Part shown: one piece after another, positions 1 to 8,737 of the stretch
How the letters are laid out: each line of letters opens with the position of its first letter
Numbering within the stretch: the first letter of the stretch is position 1
Source of the DNA: Promethearchaeum syntrophicum
Lineage (GTDB): Archaea > Asgardarchaeota > Lokiarchaeia > Sigyniarchaeales > Promethearchaeaceae
Length of the DNA stretch: 32,000 nucleotides
NCBI RefSeq assembly: GCF_008000775.2
Contig: NZ_CP042905.2
Location: 180,001-212,000 of the forward strand
Reading direction: 5' to 3'
The notes under the pieces: model-generated
What the model was told of the DNA's origin: nothing
The model's input: only the letters and a program-made list of their open reading frames with translations
The model's database searches: none
Translations under genes and position numbers: made by a program

Positions 1-863
1 ATTGCTGCAATTACATCATCTTCACGAATTGTTCCAGATGAATTAGAAACTTTGGCATTTATTAGAAATGCCTCTGTAGCCACACCTCTATATTTTCCAT
101 CTGAAATACTTCCACTCCCAGCAGCGATACCTGCACAATGAGTTCCATGTCCATAATCATCATATGTATAATTTTCTTTGGAAATGTGATCTTCATATGT
201 AAAATTTCGGCTTTTAATTATCCTTGGGTGTTTTGGATTACCATCAAAAAAAAAATCGGGATGTACTGTGATTCCAGTATCTAAAATTGCTAATTTTACT
301 CCTTTTCCTGTGTATGGCACTTTATTTGCTCCGATAGTATCGATCCACCAGTTTTTTAAGCTAAATGGCCGAGACCAATTATTTAATAAAAAATTATTTT
401 GTTCAAGAATACTCTTTTGATGATTTCTGCTTATATATTGAATTTGATCCAAAGATTCAATTTGATTTATCAATGTTTTTAATTCTTCACCAGAAATTCG
501 TAATGATAAGCAAGGAATGATATCATAATTATAAATTATTTGGGCATTTGGGGTATAATGTGAAGTGAATTCCAAACGATTTAACTTTGAATAGCGATTA
601 TTGAAATTAATAAGAATGTCATATATTCTTTCTTCAGAATTCTGATTTTTTATATCTTCAACAAGCTTTTGCTCTATTTTTTGGGAAGATTTTTCATCTT
701 TTATTTCAGTTTCGATATTAACATTTCTTGGAAAATCATTTATAAAGTTCGGAACTGGCGAATTTTCAATTAATTCTGGGTTTAATATAAATGGAATTGA
801 ATTATTAAAGAGAAACAAAAAAAAAATTACCAAGATTATTTTTTTTATTATTTTTAAGCCCAT
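1..863 (-). CDS. Subtilisin-like serine protease (peptidase S8), N-terminal part; C-terminus lies beyond the window edge
   Basis: Absent from the ORF track because the window edge truncates it. My minus-strand translation from the ATG at 863..861 gives MGLKIIKKIILVIFFLFLFNNS (hydrophobic signal/anchor), then a propeptide-like region. It continues with GKGVKLAILDTGITVHPDF (catalytic Asp motif) and DDYGHGTHCAGIAAGSGS (catalytic His motif). The frame stays open to position 1. Confidence 0.85.
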   Translation of the reverse strand, partial: MGLKIIKKIILVIFFLFLFNNSIPFILNPELIENSPVPNFINDFPRNVNIETEIKDEKSSQKIEQKLVEDIKNQNSEERIYDILINFNNRYSKLNRLEFTSHYTPNAQIIYNYDIIPCLSLRISGEELKTLINQIESLDQIQYISRNHQKSILEQNNFLLNNWSRPFSLKNWWIDTIGANKVPYTGKGVKLAILDTGITVHPDFFFDGNPKHPRIIKSRNFTYEDHISKENYTYDDYGHGTHCAGIAAGSGSISDGKYRGVATEAFLINAKVSNSSGTIREDDVIAA

Positions 864-980
864 TTCAAGTTCTCGAGTAATTTAATAGTATTTAATCTTT
901 AATCTTAAGTCCATATATAATAAATTTTTTAATTTATGTCGATTTTCTTAAAATAATAATTAGGATATAGATGAACCACC

Positions 981-1172
981 GTGGGATTATATAATTTAGT
1001 TGAACAATTACTTCCTCATGAATTTTCCATTTATCAATTCATGGCAGTTTTAGACATGGATCGCGAAGACGCAAGAGAAGCACGAAATATATTAAAACAA
1101 TTTTATCTTCGTGGATATATTAATCGAATTTCAAAGAATATGTATTCGAAAACAATTTCTAACAATAAATAA
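981..1172 (+). CDS. Small hypothetical protein (63 aa), possibly a winged-helix-like DNA-binding protein
   Basis: ORF track entry with a GTG start. The sequence ...DREDAREARNILKQFYLRGYINRISKNMYSK resembles the recognition helix plus wing of small wHTH proteins. It is divergent from the protease gene. The functional guess is weak. Confidence 0.35.
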   Translation: MGLYNLVEQLLPHEFSIYQFMAVLDMDREDAREARNILKQFYLRGYINRISKNMYSKTISNNK

Positions 1173-1221
1173 ATATTAATAAATTTTTTATTCAATTTTT
1201 ACATAATAAATTAGATTCTTA

Positions 1222-1611
1222 ATGAAGATCTGCCTTTCATGCGGTAAATGTTGTTATAATACTGAAATGGAATTAAGCAAACAAGATATTATTAGGATTG
1301 AGGATCAAAATACATTAGGGTTAAGGAAGGATGATTTTTGCATTGAAACAGATGGATTTCTTAAATTAAAAAATATTGATAATCATTGTATTTTTTTAGA
1401 TCCAAACACAAAACATTGTAAAATTTACTTATTTAGACCAACAGGATGTAAGTTTTACCCTCTAATATTCAATCAAGAAAAAAATAAATGCGTAATCGAT
1501 GAGGATTGTCCTTATAAAAATAATTTCTATGTGCATAAACCAATATTAAAGAAAAATTGTAGAGAATTAAGAAAATGGGTTTCTAATGAATTATTTAATA
1601 TTTCGGATTAG
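1222..1611 (+). CDS. YkgJ-family cysteine-cluster protein (putative Zn/Fe-chelating domain, CxxCxxCC type)
   Basis: N-terminal CLSCGKCC (CxxCxxCC) plus later conserved Cys residues (HCIFLD, KHCKIY, TGCKFYP), which is typical of the YkgJ/UPF0153 family. Confidence 0.7.
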   Translation: MKICLSCGKCCYNTEMELSKQDIIRIEDQNTLGLRKDDFCIETDGFLKLKNIDNHCIFLDPNTKHCKIYLFRPTGCKFYPLIFNQEKNKCVIDEDCPYKNNFYVHKPILKKNCRELRKWVSNELFNISD

Positions 1612-2473
1612 TCACAAATTGATTAAAGGCATTTTTTATTTCATTTCTTATTTTTTCCATTTTTTGATTATTTATTTGTAATGATCTTCTCTCTATAACA
1701 ATTTTTAATGAATTTAATATCTCTGCAACCCAAAACTCGGTAAATTTTTCATAGTTTTTATGATTAGGGGTAATGTAGGAATTTAATCTATTTTCTACTG
1801 ATTGATAGGATAATAAGAAATAAATCATTCTGTTCAAATTATATTCATTATCTGTTTCTTCAAAAATACCAGGGTTATTATCAATGAAAGAAACCATAAG
1901 GTTAGAGATATTTCTGACAATATCACCTTCATGAATTTCTTCATAATCCACGAAAAACAAACTTTGGGATTTTGAAAAAATAAAATTTCGTAATCTTGCA
2001 TCCCCAAAAACTAATCCTTGCTTATTTAATTTCTGATAACACTTAGCCAATAGGCATAATGATTTATTTGATAATTTTTGTGCCATTAATAAGTCAAAAT
2101 AATTTTCTCCAGAAATAAATTCGTAGATCACAATAGCAGGACACGAATAAATTAAATTGGGCAAGTTTTTCTTACCAAAAAGAGATTTTAATTTTAAATA
2201 TTTATCGATTTCATTATTCCAAGAATTTAAATAGCCTAAAATTTTGTCATTGAACATTTTTATGACAATTTCATTCGGACGTCTTAAAGATACTGAATTT
2301 TCAAAAAATAAAAGTTCTGTTTTTATGACATAATGTTTTTTACTATGAAATTGAGTACATTTATTATGATTAAACTTAATTTTATCACCAGATAAGCTAA
2401 TTATGCCTCTAATTTTATTAATTATTTCAATACAATTCATAGCATTTTTTTCATGCTTCATAGATAAACTCAA
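1595..2473 (-). CDS. Protein-kinase-like fold protein (atypical kinase, RIO/Kdo-kinase-like)
   Basis: 292-aa ORF. GLVFGDARLRNFIF resembles the kinase catalytic loop (D and N retained). FFVDYEE resembles the DFG-equivalent Asp. IVIYEFISGENYFDLL is hinge-like, and HYVIKTE is a candidate ATP-binding Lys. Its 3' end overlaps the convergent YkgJ gene by 17 nt. Confidence 0.5.
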   Translation of the reverse strand: MSLSMKHEKNAMNCIEIINKIRGIISLSGDKIKFNHNKCTQFHSKKHYVIKTELLFFENSVSLRRPNEIVIKMFNDKILGYLNSWNNEIDKYLKLKSLFGKKNLPNLIYSCPAIVIYEFISGENYFDLLMAQKLSNKSLCLLAKCYQKLNKQGLVFGDARLRNFIFSKSQSLFFVDYEEIHEGDIVRNISNLMVSFIDNNPGIFEETDNEYNLNRMIYFLLSYQSVENRLNSYITPNHKNYEKFTEFWVAEILNSLKIVIERRSLQINNQKMEKIRNEIKNAFNQFVTNPKY

Positions 2474-2511
2474 TAATATTTAATCAGTAACGAAATATAT
2501 AATAATTAATT

Positions 2512-3015
2512 ATGACCAGTAAACCAACAAGTTCAGTTTCTAAAAGGTTATATGTTGAGAAAATCAAAAAAGGGACTGTAATTGATCATATTAAAGAAGG
2601 TTTTGCAATTTCAGTCTTAAAAATATTGGGATTGGAAGGAAGAAATGGCACACTTATTGCAATAGGTATAAATGTTAAATCTAACGTCTCAAATAGTGGT
2701 CACAAGGATATACTTAAAGTGGAAAATATTTATCTTGATGAAAAGCAAATTCATCAAATTGCATTAATATCTCCTGGAAGTAAAGTCTCATTTATTGAAG
2801 ATTTTCAAATAAAAGAGAAATTTGTAGTCAAAATACCGGCATCAATTAATGGAATTATAGATTGTCCAAATGAAAAATGCATAACTAACGTAGATAGAGA
2901 ACCTGTATTAACAGAATTCAAAGTTTTATCTGAAAACCCTTTAAAAATTGCATGTAATTATTGTGAACGAATATTATATAAGGAAGAAATTCTACGTATG
3001 GCAGAAAAAAATTAA
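2512..3015 (+). CDS. pyrI: Aspartate carbamoyltransferase regulatory chain PyrI
   Basis: LYVEKIKKGTVIDHIKEG...VLKILGL is the allosteric-domain signature. The C-terminal zinc domain reads CPNEKCITN...ACNYCERI (4 Cys). The length is 167 aa. Confidence 0.85.
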   Translation: MTSKPTSSVSKRLYVEKIKKGTVIDHIKEGFAISVLKILGLEGRNGTLIAIGINVKSNVSNSGHKDILKVENIYLDEKQIHQIALISPGSKVSFIEDFQIKEKFVVKIPASINGIIDCPNEKCITNVDREPVLTEFKVLSENPLKIACNYCERILYKEEILRMAEKN

Positions 3016-3099
3016 TTTTATGTGATTTGCATAAATTTTTTTGATATTTTTACCTATATAAAGTATTTTGAATAAAGAAATTTGAGGAATTTAACAGCA

Positions 3100-4458
3100 A
3101 TGGCTAAGAAAAAGAAAAGAAAAAAATATATTGTTAAACATAAAGTTAAAGAAAAAGATGAGATAAAGAATAAAGAATTATCTATGGAAGAAAAATTCTA
3201 TTGGAGCAGAGTTATTACAGGAGTATTATCAGGAATTTTTGGAGCTTGGCCATTTCAGCTGGTTGGATGGTGGATGTTTTTATATATGATGTGTTTCCAA
3301 TTTATTTTCCCCTTTTTCCTAAGTTTTGTTGTTTTTCGATTACCATATAAAAAAGGTAAATGGGATTGGAAAAATATTCTAAAAACTGGAATTGGAGCGA
3401 ATTTCTTTATATTTTTATTAGCATCTACTGCCGTTCATACTTTTGTTGTATTCCCAGACTGGAGGGATCAGCTTCAAAATCATGCAGATACCAATGAGAT
3501 TATTATTTCTGATGATACTGCTTATGTAGCTGATGGAGATAATGGGTTGTTAATTGTAAATATATCAAATATATATGACCGATCTTTAATTGGAAAATTT
3601 GATACTGAAGGGTCCGCAGAAAATATTATAGTTATGAATGATAGGATATATCTAACTGTAGAAAATTTCCTTTATCTTATAAATTCATCAGATTTATCAA
3701 ATCCGAAAGAATTAACTCATTACAATATTTCAGGAAATATTAATGATATTGCTATAAAGAATGAAATTATATATCTCACTGACGATTTGCAAGGATTAAC
3801 TATTCTTGAAACATCAGGTGAAAACCTTAGTTTAATTGGCGATTTCAAAATAGATAATTCTACATTTCAATCTGTTATTATTGAAAACGAAGTTGCGTAT
3901 GTGGCTACAAGAAATCATGGATTTTATATATTAAATGTTTCACAACCCAACCTTCCACAAGTTTTAGGAAATTGTAATTTACATGGGAATCTTAATTCTA
4001 TTTATATTAATGGAACTGTAGCTTTTATTTCTGCAGAAGATCAAGGTATACATTTAGTAAACATTACTAATTTCGATGATCCTGCACTAATCAATACCTT
4101 TAATACTACAGGTAATTCAACCGACATAATAGTTGACGGAAATCATATGTATATTTCGGATAATATTGAGGGAATCATAAGGTATGAACTGAATAATAAT
4201 TTGGATATCACCACAAATGGTACAATTCATACTTTAAATGGAATCGCTATGAAAATGATAATTGATAATAATTATATGTTTATATCTAAGGGAACAAAGG
4301 GTATTGAGATCATAAACCTAGCTGAATTTGGGACTGTAGAAGAAGGCACTGAAGAATCTTCAATTTCATTTGGTTGGGGATGGGCAATTTTCTCATTTCT
4401 TTCAATTGGTTTAATTATTTTAGGAATCAAGAAAAAAACCAAAAAAATAGATTTCTAA
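3100..4458 (+). CDS. Membrane-anchored LVIVD-repeat beta-propeller surface protein
   Basis: Repeats of the type AYVADGDNGLLIVNISN, VAYVATRNHGFYILNVSQP, VAFISAEDQGIHLVNITN and MYISDNIEGIIRYEL give the LVIVD-repeat signature. The protein has an N-terminal Lys-rich tail plus several hydrophobic helices, and a C-terminal TM helix plus KKKTKKIDF. I count 11 N-x-S/T sequons. The ATG at 3100 is preferred over the track's TTG at 3082. Confidence 0.75.
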   Translation: MAKKKKRKKYIVKHKVKEKDEIKNKELSMEEKFYWSRVITGVLSGIFGAWPFQLVGWWMFLYMMCFQFIFPFFLSFVVFRLPYKKGKWDWKNILKTGIGANFFIFLLASTAVHTFVVFPDWRDQLQNHADTNEIIISDDTAYVADGDNGLLIVNISNIYDRSLIGKFDTEGSAENIIVMNDRIYLTVENFLYLINSSDLSNPKELTHYNISGNINDIAIKNEIIYLTDDLQGLTILETSGENLSLIGDFKIDNSTFQSVIIENEVAYVATRNHGFYILNVSQPNLPQVLGNCNLHGNLNSIYINGTVAFISAEDQGIHLVNITNFDDPALINTFNTTGNSTDIIVDGNHMYISDNIEGIIRYELNNNLDITTNGTIHTLNGIAMKMIIDNNYMFISKGTKGIEIINLAEFGTVEEGTEESSISFGWGWAIFSFLSIGLIILGIKKKTKKIDF

Positions 4459-4504
4459 TTGTTCCTAAATTCTTTTTTATTTTGATCTAATAAGGAAATG
4501 CAAA

Positions 4505-6661
4505 ATGGCAGTAAAAGATATTAAAAAACCCAAGTTGCTAAAAAAGAATATTAGCAATATTGATCTTTATGTTTTATCCTATGAATTTGATAAAACCCTC
4601 AAAGATGGCTTTATATCAAATATTTATGAAATACCAACTAATGAAGGAAAGACTATCTTAATAAAATGCAGAACTAAGGATGGTAAAAGAAATATCATTA
4701 TTGATCCTAAAACAAGAATAAATTTTACAAATTTTGATTATCCAACCCCGCCTTATCCATCGCAATTTATTATGGCTCTTAGAAAGTATATGAAAGGGAG
4801 AAGAATTCAACGAATTTATCAGCATAAATTAGATAGAATATTAATTTTCGAGTTGAAATCTTCTGATGGTGATCCTTGGAAATTTATAATAGAATTTTTT
4901 GGTGGAGGGAATTACATTCTTGTTGATGGTGAAGGGCTCATATATATGGCTAAAAGATATAAAAAAATGAAAGATAGGGCAGTTCTTGCTAAAAAAGAGT
5001 ATATATTTCCCCCTTCTAGAGGAATTGATATATGGGAAATTACAGAAAAAATATTTATAGAAACATTGTTCGGTAAAGAAGGTGATATTGTCCGAAATAT
5101 TGCACGTGCATTTAATATCGGAGGATACATATCAGAAGAAATTTGTCTCAGATCAAAAATTGATAAAAATCGAGAAATGTCAAGTTTAACTGAAGAAGAA
5201 TTTTCCACTCTTTATAAATCAACCAAGAATATAATTAATATAATTAAAAATAAAGAGATTTCACCACGAATAATACTAAATACAAATAAGAAATCTATTG
5301 GTTTTGAACCTTTTAATCTTGAAATCTACTCAAAGCATTCCTTTGTTATAAAAAATAATTTTAATGAAGCTATTGATGATTTTTTTTCACAATTTGATTC
5401 CGAAGATTTATTTTCAGGAGACCTTAAAGAGTCAAAAAAGAAAGTAAGCAAAACAGAAAAAATTCTAAATAGTCAATTAGAGAAAGTCGAAGAATCTATT
5501 AAATTGCGAAAAAAATCCCTTGAACACGGCCATTTAATATACCAATATCTTACAGAATTGGATAATTTGATAAATACTATAATGAATCAAAAAAGAATAA
5601 AGAAAAGAAGTTGGAAAGAAATTTCTGAAATTTTAGAACAAGGAAAAGAAAAAAAAATTGCTGAATGCTTAATTTTTGATAAAATATTTCAAAAAGAAGT
5701 TGCACTACAAATCATTTTAGAAGGAGAAAAATTTAAAATAGACTTAAAGAAAACTGCAATTGAGAACGCTCAGATAATTTATTCAAAAGCAAAAAAAGCC
5801 AACAAAAAGATTATTGGAGCTAAAAAAGCAGCAAAAATTACTAAAGAAAAAATCTTACTCCAAAAAGAAAAGCAAGAACAAGTTGAAACTAGAAAAGCAA
5901 TTCTACTAAAAAGACCTAACGCAAAATGGTATGAAAAATATCGTTGGTTCATATCTAGTGATAATATTTTAATTGTTGGTGGAAGAGACGCATCATCCAA
6001 TGAGATTATAGTAAAAAAACACATGAACAATAACGATCTTTTTTTCCATGCTGATGTTCGCGGAGCTTCAGTATGTATAATAAAAAATGAGCTGAATGAA
6101 AAGATACCAGAAACTACAATTATTGAAACTGCAATATTTGCTTCATGTTATTCTTCAGCATGGAAATTAGGATGGGGAAACACTGATATATATTATGTTT
6201 CGCCAGAACAAGTATCAAAAACACCAAAATCTGGTGAATTTTTGAAAAAAGGTTCATTTGTAATTACCGGTAAGAAGAACTTCTTATCTAAACCTTATTT
6301 GGAAATATCAATTGGGGTGAATCTTATTCCTGTAAATTTAAATGAAGATGAAATTAAAGCTCTAGATAAAGACAAGGAAAATTTAGAAAAATCTCAAGTA
6401 TTAAAAGAAGATGGTGAGGAAATTCAATACTTTCCTAAAGTATTCTCTTCTCCATTATCTGCTATGAAAATTCAATCATCAAATTATGTTAGATTAAAAC
6501 CTTCAAAACAATCAGTAAAAACTAGCGCTTTAGCAAAAAAGATTTTAGAAATTTTTATAAATAATTCAAAAGATCAAGATAAACGATGGATAAGATTGAT
6601 TTCAGTAAATGATATCATTCGTTTGATTCCTTCCGGAAACGGGGAAATTGTACGAAAATAA
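4505..6661 (+). CDS. NFACT-family protein (Rqc2/FbpA homolog, ribosome quality control)
   Basis: 718 aa. It has a central K/E-rich coiled coil and the NFACT-R (DUF814) signature WYEKYRWFISSDNILIVGGRDASSNEIIVKKHMNNNDLFFHADVRGASVCIIKN. The overall architecture is N-domain, coiled coil, R domain, C domain. Confidence 0.85.
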   Translation: MAVKDIKKPKLLKKNISNIDLYVLSYEFDKTLKDGFISNIYEIPTNEGKTILIKCRTKDGKRNIIIDPKTRINFTNFDYPTPPYPSQFIMALRKYMKGRRIQRIYQHKLDRILIFELKSSDGDPWKFIIEFFGGGNYILVDGEGLIYMAKRYKKMKDRAVLAKKEYIFPPSRGIDIWEITEKIFIETLFGKEGDIVRNIARAFNIGGYISEEICLRSKIDKNREMSSLTEEEFSTLYKSTKNIINIIKNKEISPRIILNTNKKSIGFEPFNLEIYSKHSFVIKNNFNEAIDDFFSQFDSEDLFSGDLKESKKKVSKTEKILNSQLEKVEESIKLRKKSLEHGHLIYQYLTELDNLINTIMNQKRIKKRSWKEISEILEQGKEKKIAECLIFDKIFQKEVALQIILEGEKFKIDLKKTAIENAQIIYSKAKKANKKIIGAKKAAKITKEKILLQKEKQEQVETRKAILLKRPNAKWYEKYRWFISSDNILIVGGRDASSNEIIVKKHMNNNDLFFHADVRGASVCIIKNELNEKIPETTIIETAIFASCYSSAWKLGWGNTDIYYVSPEQVSKTPKSGEFLKKGSFVITGKKNFLSKPYLEISIGVNLIPVNLNEDEIKALDKDKENLEKSQVLKEDGEEIQYFPKVFSSPLSAMKIQSSNYVRLKPSKQSVKTSALAKKILEIFINNSKDQDKRWIRLISVNDIIRLIPSGNGEIVRK

Positions 6662-6758
6662 TTTTTTTTATGATTATTATCGTGATAATATTATAGTGCT
6701 ATTGGAATATTGGATTCATATAGATAACAATTCTTTACAATATATATTCAGAATAATA

Positions 6759-6911
6759 ATGAAATTAATTACTCTTAATTTACCAGAAGCTTATATTGAT
6801 GGTTTAGAAAAATTAGTTCAAGAAAATATTTATCCAAACCGCTCTGAGGCGATAAGATTAGCTGTACGTGATTTAATACGTAAAGAAAATGCTTATAATC
6901 CAATTCCCTGA
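6759..6911 (+). CDS. Ribbon-helix-helix DNA-binding protein (CopG/NikR-N-terminal type), paralog 1
   Basis: MKLITLNLPEAYIDGLEKLVQENIYPNRSEAIRLAVRDLIRKE fits a beta strand, helix, NRSEAIR helix pattern. The in-frame ATG at 6759 is preferred to the track's TTG at 6648, which overlaps the NFACT gene. Confidence 0.75.
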   Translation: MKLITLNLPEAYIDGLEKLVQENIYPNRSEAIRLAVRDLIRKENAYNPIP

Positions 6912-6966
6912 TTTTTGAAAATATTAAATCATTTAAAATAAGATAAAAAAGGAAATGGAAAGTGTA

Positions 6967-7452
6967 TTAAAAATCTCTTTTTTCAATCTTTCCTTGAAGA
7001 AAATAGAAATATGTAATACAAATTGTGATTCCAATTGTTGTTATAAAAAAGGTCGTAAAATTTGAGCTCACTTGGAGAAGGGAAATAACAAAAATAACGA
7101 TCATTTCCTTCCAAGTCATAATATAACCCCTATATTCTTGAAAATTTCCTATTGATATAAATAAAAAGAAGAAAAACAAGATTACTGAGAAGGATTTAAT
7201 TATAATATCCATAATATAAAGAAAAGAAGGTGCTCCTCCATCATCAATAACAATTTTTGCTTCAACTACATTTTCAACCCAACCTGTTATTATATTACCA
7301 TTGAATATAAATGAGATTAACAAGAATAGAGCTGCTAATAGGTAAGTAATTAACGTAGAAGAAAACATTGCGTTTTTTACTTTTCCTTTTTGAATTTCTA
7401 AATTTTTTAATTTCTCTTCTTTTATTTTTTTAGCTTTTTTAATTTTAGGCAA
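6967..7452 (-). CDS. Hypothetical integral membrane protein (about 4 TM helices, Lys-rich N-terminus)
   Basis: 161-aa ORF with N-terminal MPKIKKAKKIKEEKLKN followed by four hydrophobic segments and no recognisable motif. Its start lies 1 nt from the stop of the upstream gene (7454), suggesting co-translation. Confidence 0.6.
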   Translation of the reverse strand: MPKIKKAKKIKEEKLKNLEIQKGKVKNAMFSSTLITYLLAALFLLISFIFNGNIITGWVENVVEAKIVIDDGGAPSFLYIMDIIIKSFSVILFFFFLFISIGNFQEYRGYIMTWKEMIVIFVISLLQVSSNFTTFFITTIGITICITYFYFLQGKIEKRDF

Positions 7453-7453
7453 T

Positions 7454-8293
7454 TTAATCTTCCTCCATAAATTTGTATTGTGGGTTTTTTGCTCTAACTG
7501 AAATTAAGATTATTCCATAAACTCCAAAAATAACAGAAACAGAAATTAAAACAATCATCATATATAATTCAGTATCAAAATCATAATCACTTATAGTATC
7601 ATCGCCAATGTCAATCCCTTTTGGACCTATCTGAATTGAGAGCGCTTCATTTGAGATAGTTTCATCAGTTTCTGTATTATTAATACCAATATTAATCGAA
7701 AGCTTCTCAAATACTTTGATAGAACTATCTTCAGTTAGATTTTCAGTTAAAGGTTGATAATCTAATTTATATTCATAATATCGGTGAGTGTCGGTTCCAT
7801 TTCCAATTTTCGCTGCCCCTTCAAAACCTTCATCTAAAGAATCAGGAATATATAATTCTTCATCACTTAGATAGTAATCCAAATAGGTTGATTCATTTCC
7901 TTGATTTGTTATATCAAATAAAGTAATTTGTTTTTTATCAAAAATTTCTCCAGTTTCAGTTTCATTTGTCGAATTGGAAAGATATAATGAAATTGTTTCA
8001 GTATTGTATGTAGTTACAAATTTTACTTCAACGAGTATATAAATGTAATCTAGATCATGTTGGACATAAAGTGTAATTCCCCTACCTCCGTCACCAAATG
8101 TATGAAATGATTTATTACCATTTGTATTCCAAGATTCATCAAGAATTCCATCAATTACTGGAGGATTTTCCAAATTTGAATTTGAGGTTATTTCAGTAGG
8201 AGTCCACGCTAAGCTATTAGGTAAGTTGAGAGATAATATTGTAAACGACAATATTAATAGAAGAGTAATAGTACCTCGTTTGGGTGATGACAT
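7454..8293 (-). CDS. Secreted, C-terminally anchored protein with a CBM9/DOMON-like domain
   Basis: Signal-like TITLLLILSFTILSLNLPNSLA, then PPVIDGILDESWNTNGNKSF...ITLYVQHDLDYIYILVEV, which fits the IDGxLDExW...lY pattern of CBM9-like/DOMON-like modules. There is a C-terminal TM helix and 7 N-x-S/T sequons. The ATG at 8293 is preferred to the TTG at 8326. Confidence 0.55.
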   Translation of the reverse strand: MSSPKRGTITLLLILSFTILSLNLPNSLAWTPTEITSNSNLENPPVIDGILDESWNTNGNKSFHTFGDGGRGITLYVQHDLDYIYILVEVKFVTTYNTETISLYLSNSTNETETGEIFDKKQITLFDITNQGNESTYLDYYLSDEELYIPDSLDEGFEGAAKIGNGTDTHRYYEYKLDYQPLTENLTEDSSIKVFEKLSINIGINNTETDETISNEALSIQIGPKGIDIGDDTISDYDFDTELYMMIVLISVSVIFGVYGIILISVRAKNPQYKFMEED

Positions 8294-8459
8294 TATTTCC
8301 ACTAGTAATTGGAAAATTATTATCAATTTTTTAAATTTGTTGTGCGATCATTTTTTTAGATTTAATTTTACATTATATTGAATTGGACAAAACCCGTTAA
8401 AATGTATATATCGAGATATTATCCCTTATTAATAATTTATATGTACTCTGATCATTCAA

Positions 8460-8472
8460 GGGTAATATACCC
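8460..8472. promoter_or_regulatory. Perfect palindrome gggta-ata-taccc in the divergent promoter region upstream of RHH paralog 2; candidate operator
   Basis: GGGTAATATACCC lies 25-37 nt upstream of the ATG at 8497 and is followed by an atatatac TATA-like stretch. A palindrome with G/C ends stands out in an AT-rich spacer. No binding evidence exists. Confidence 0.25.
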
Positions 8473-8496
8473 ATATATACAATCGAGTGAAAAAAA

Positions 8497-8679
8497 ATGA
8501 GATTAATTACAGTTCATCTTCCCGAAGCATATTTAGCGGGTATAGATAAGTTGGTTACAAATGAAGCATATCCAAATCGTTCAGAAACAATTCGCGTTGC
8601 AGTAAGAGATTTATTAAAAGCAGAATTAGGAGCCTTTATTCGCTATCAGACTAAAGAAGTCCCAGATCTTCTTAATTAA
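8497..8679 (+). CDS. Ribbon-helix-helix DNA-binding protein (CopG/NikR-N-terminal type), paralog 2
   Basis: MRLITVHLPEAYLAGIDKLVTNEAYPNRSETIRVAVRDLLKAE is about 60% identical by eye to the 6759..6911 product over the RHH core. Confidence 0.8.
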   Translation: MRLITVHLPEAYLAGIDKLVTNEAYPNRSETIRVAVRDLLKAELGAFIRYQTKEVPDLLN

Positions 8680-8737
8680 ATGTTTTTTTTTTATTTTTTG
8701 AAATGTTTTTTTATGTTTTATTCCTATTAGATTAATA

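Noticed and set aside
246-255. A10/T10 homopolymer inside the protease gene as a possible frameshift or pseudogene site
   Set aside because: My translation reads through it in frame (PDFFFDGNP) and catalytic motifs follow downstream, so the gene appears intact within the window.
4912-6030. Two minus-strand ORFs (4912..5208, 98 aa; 5779..6030, 83 aa) inside the NFACT gene
   Set aside because: They lie entirely antisense within a confidently called 718-aa gene. Their F/S/L/I-rich translations are the typical mirror of K/E-rich coding sequence, so they are shadow ORFs.
6759-8679. Calling the two RHH proteins cell-division regulators of the CdrS type
   Set aside because: I only recognise the general NikR-N/CopG RHH motif (NRSEAIR). 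No ftsZ or division gene is nearby, and I cannot verify family membership without a search.
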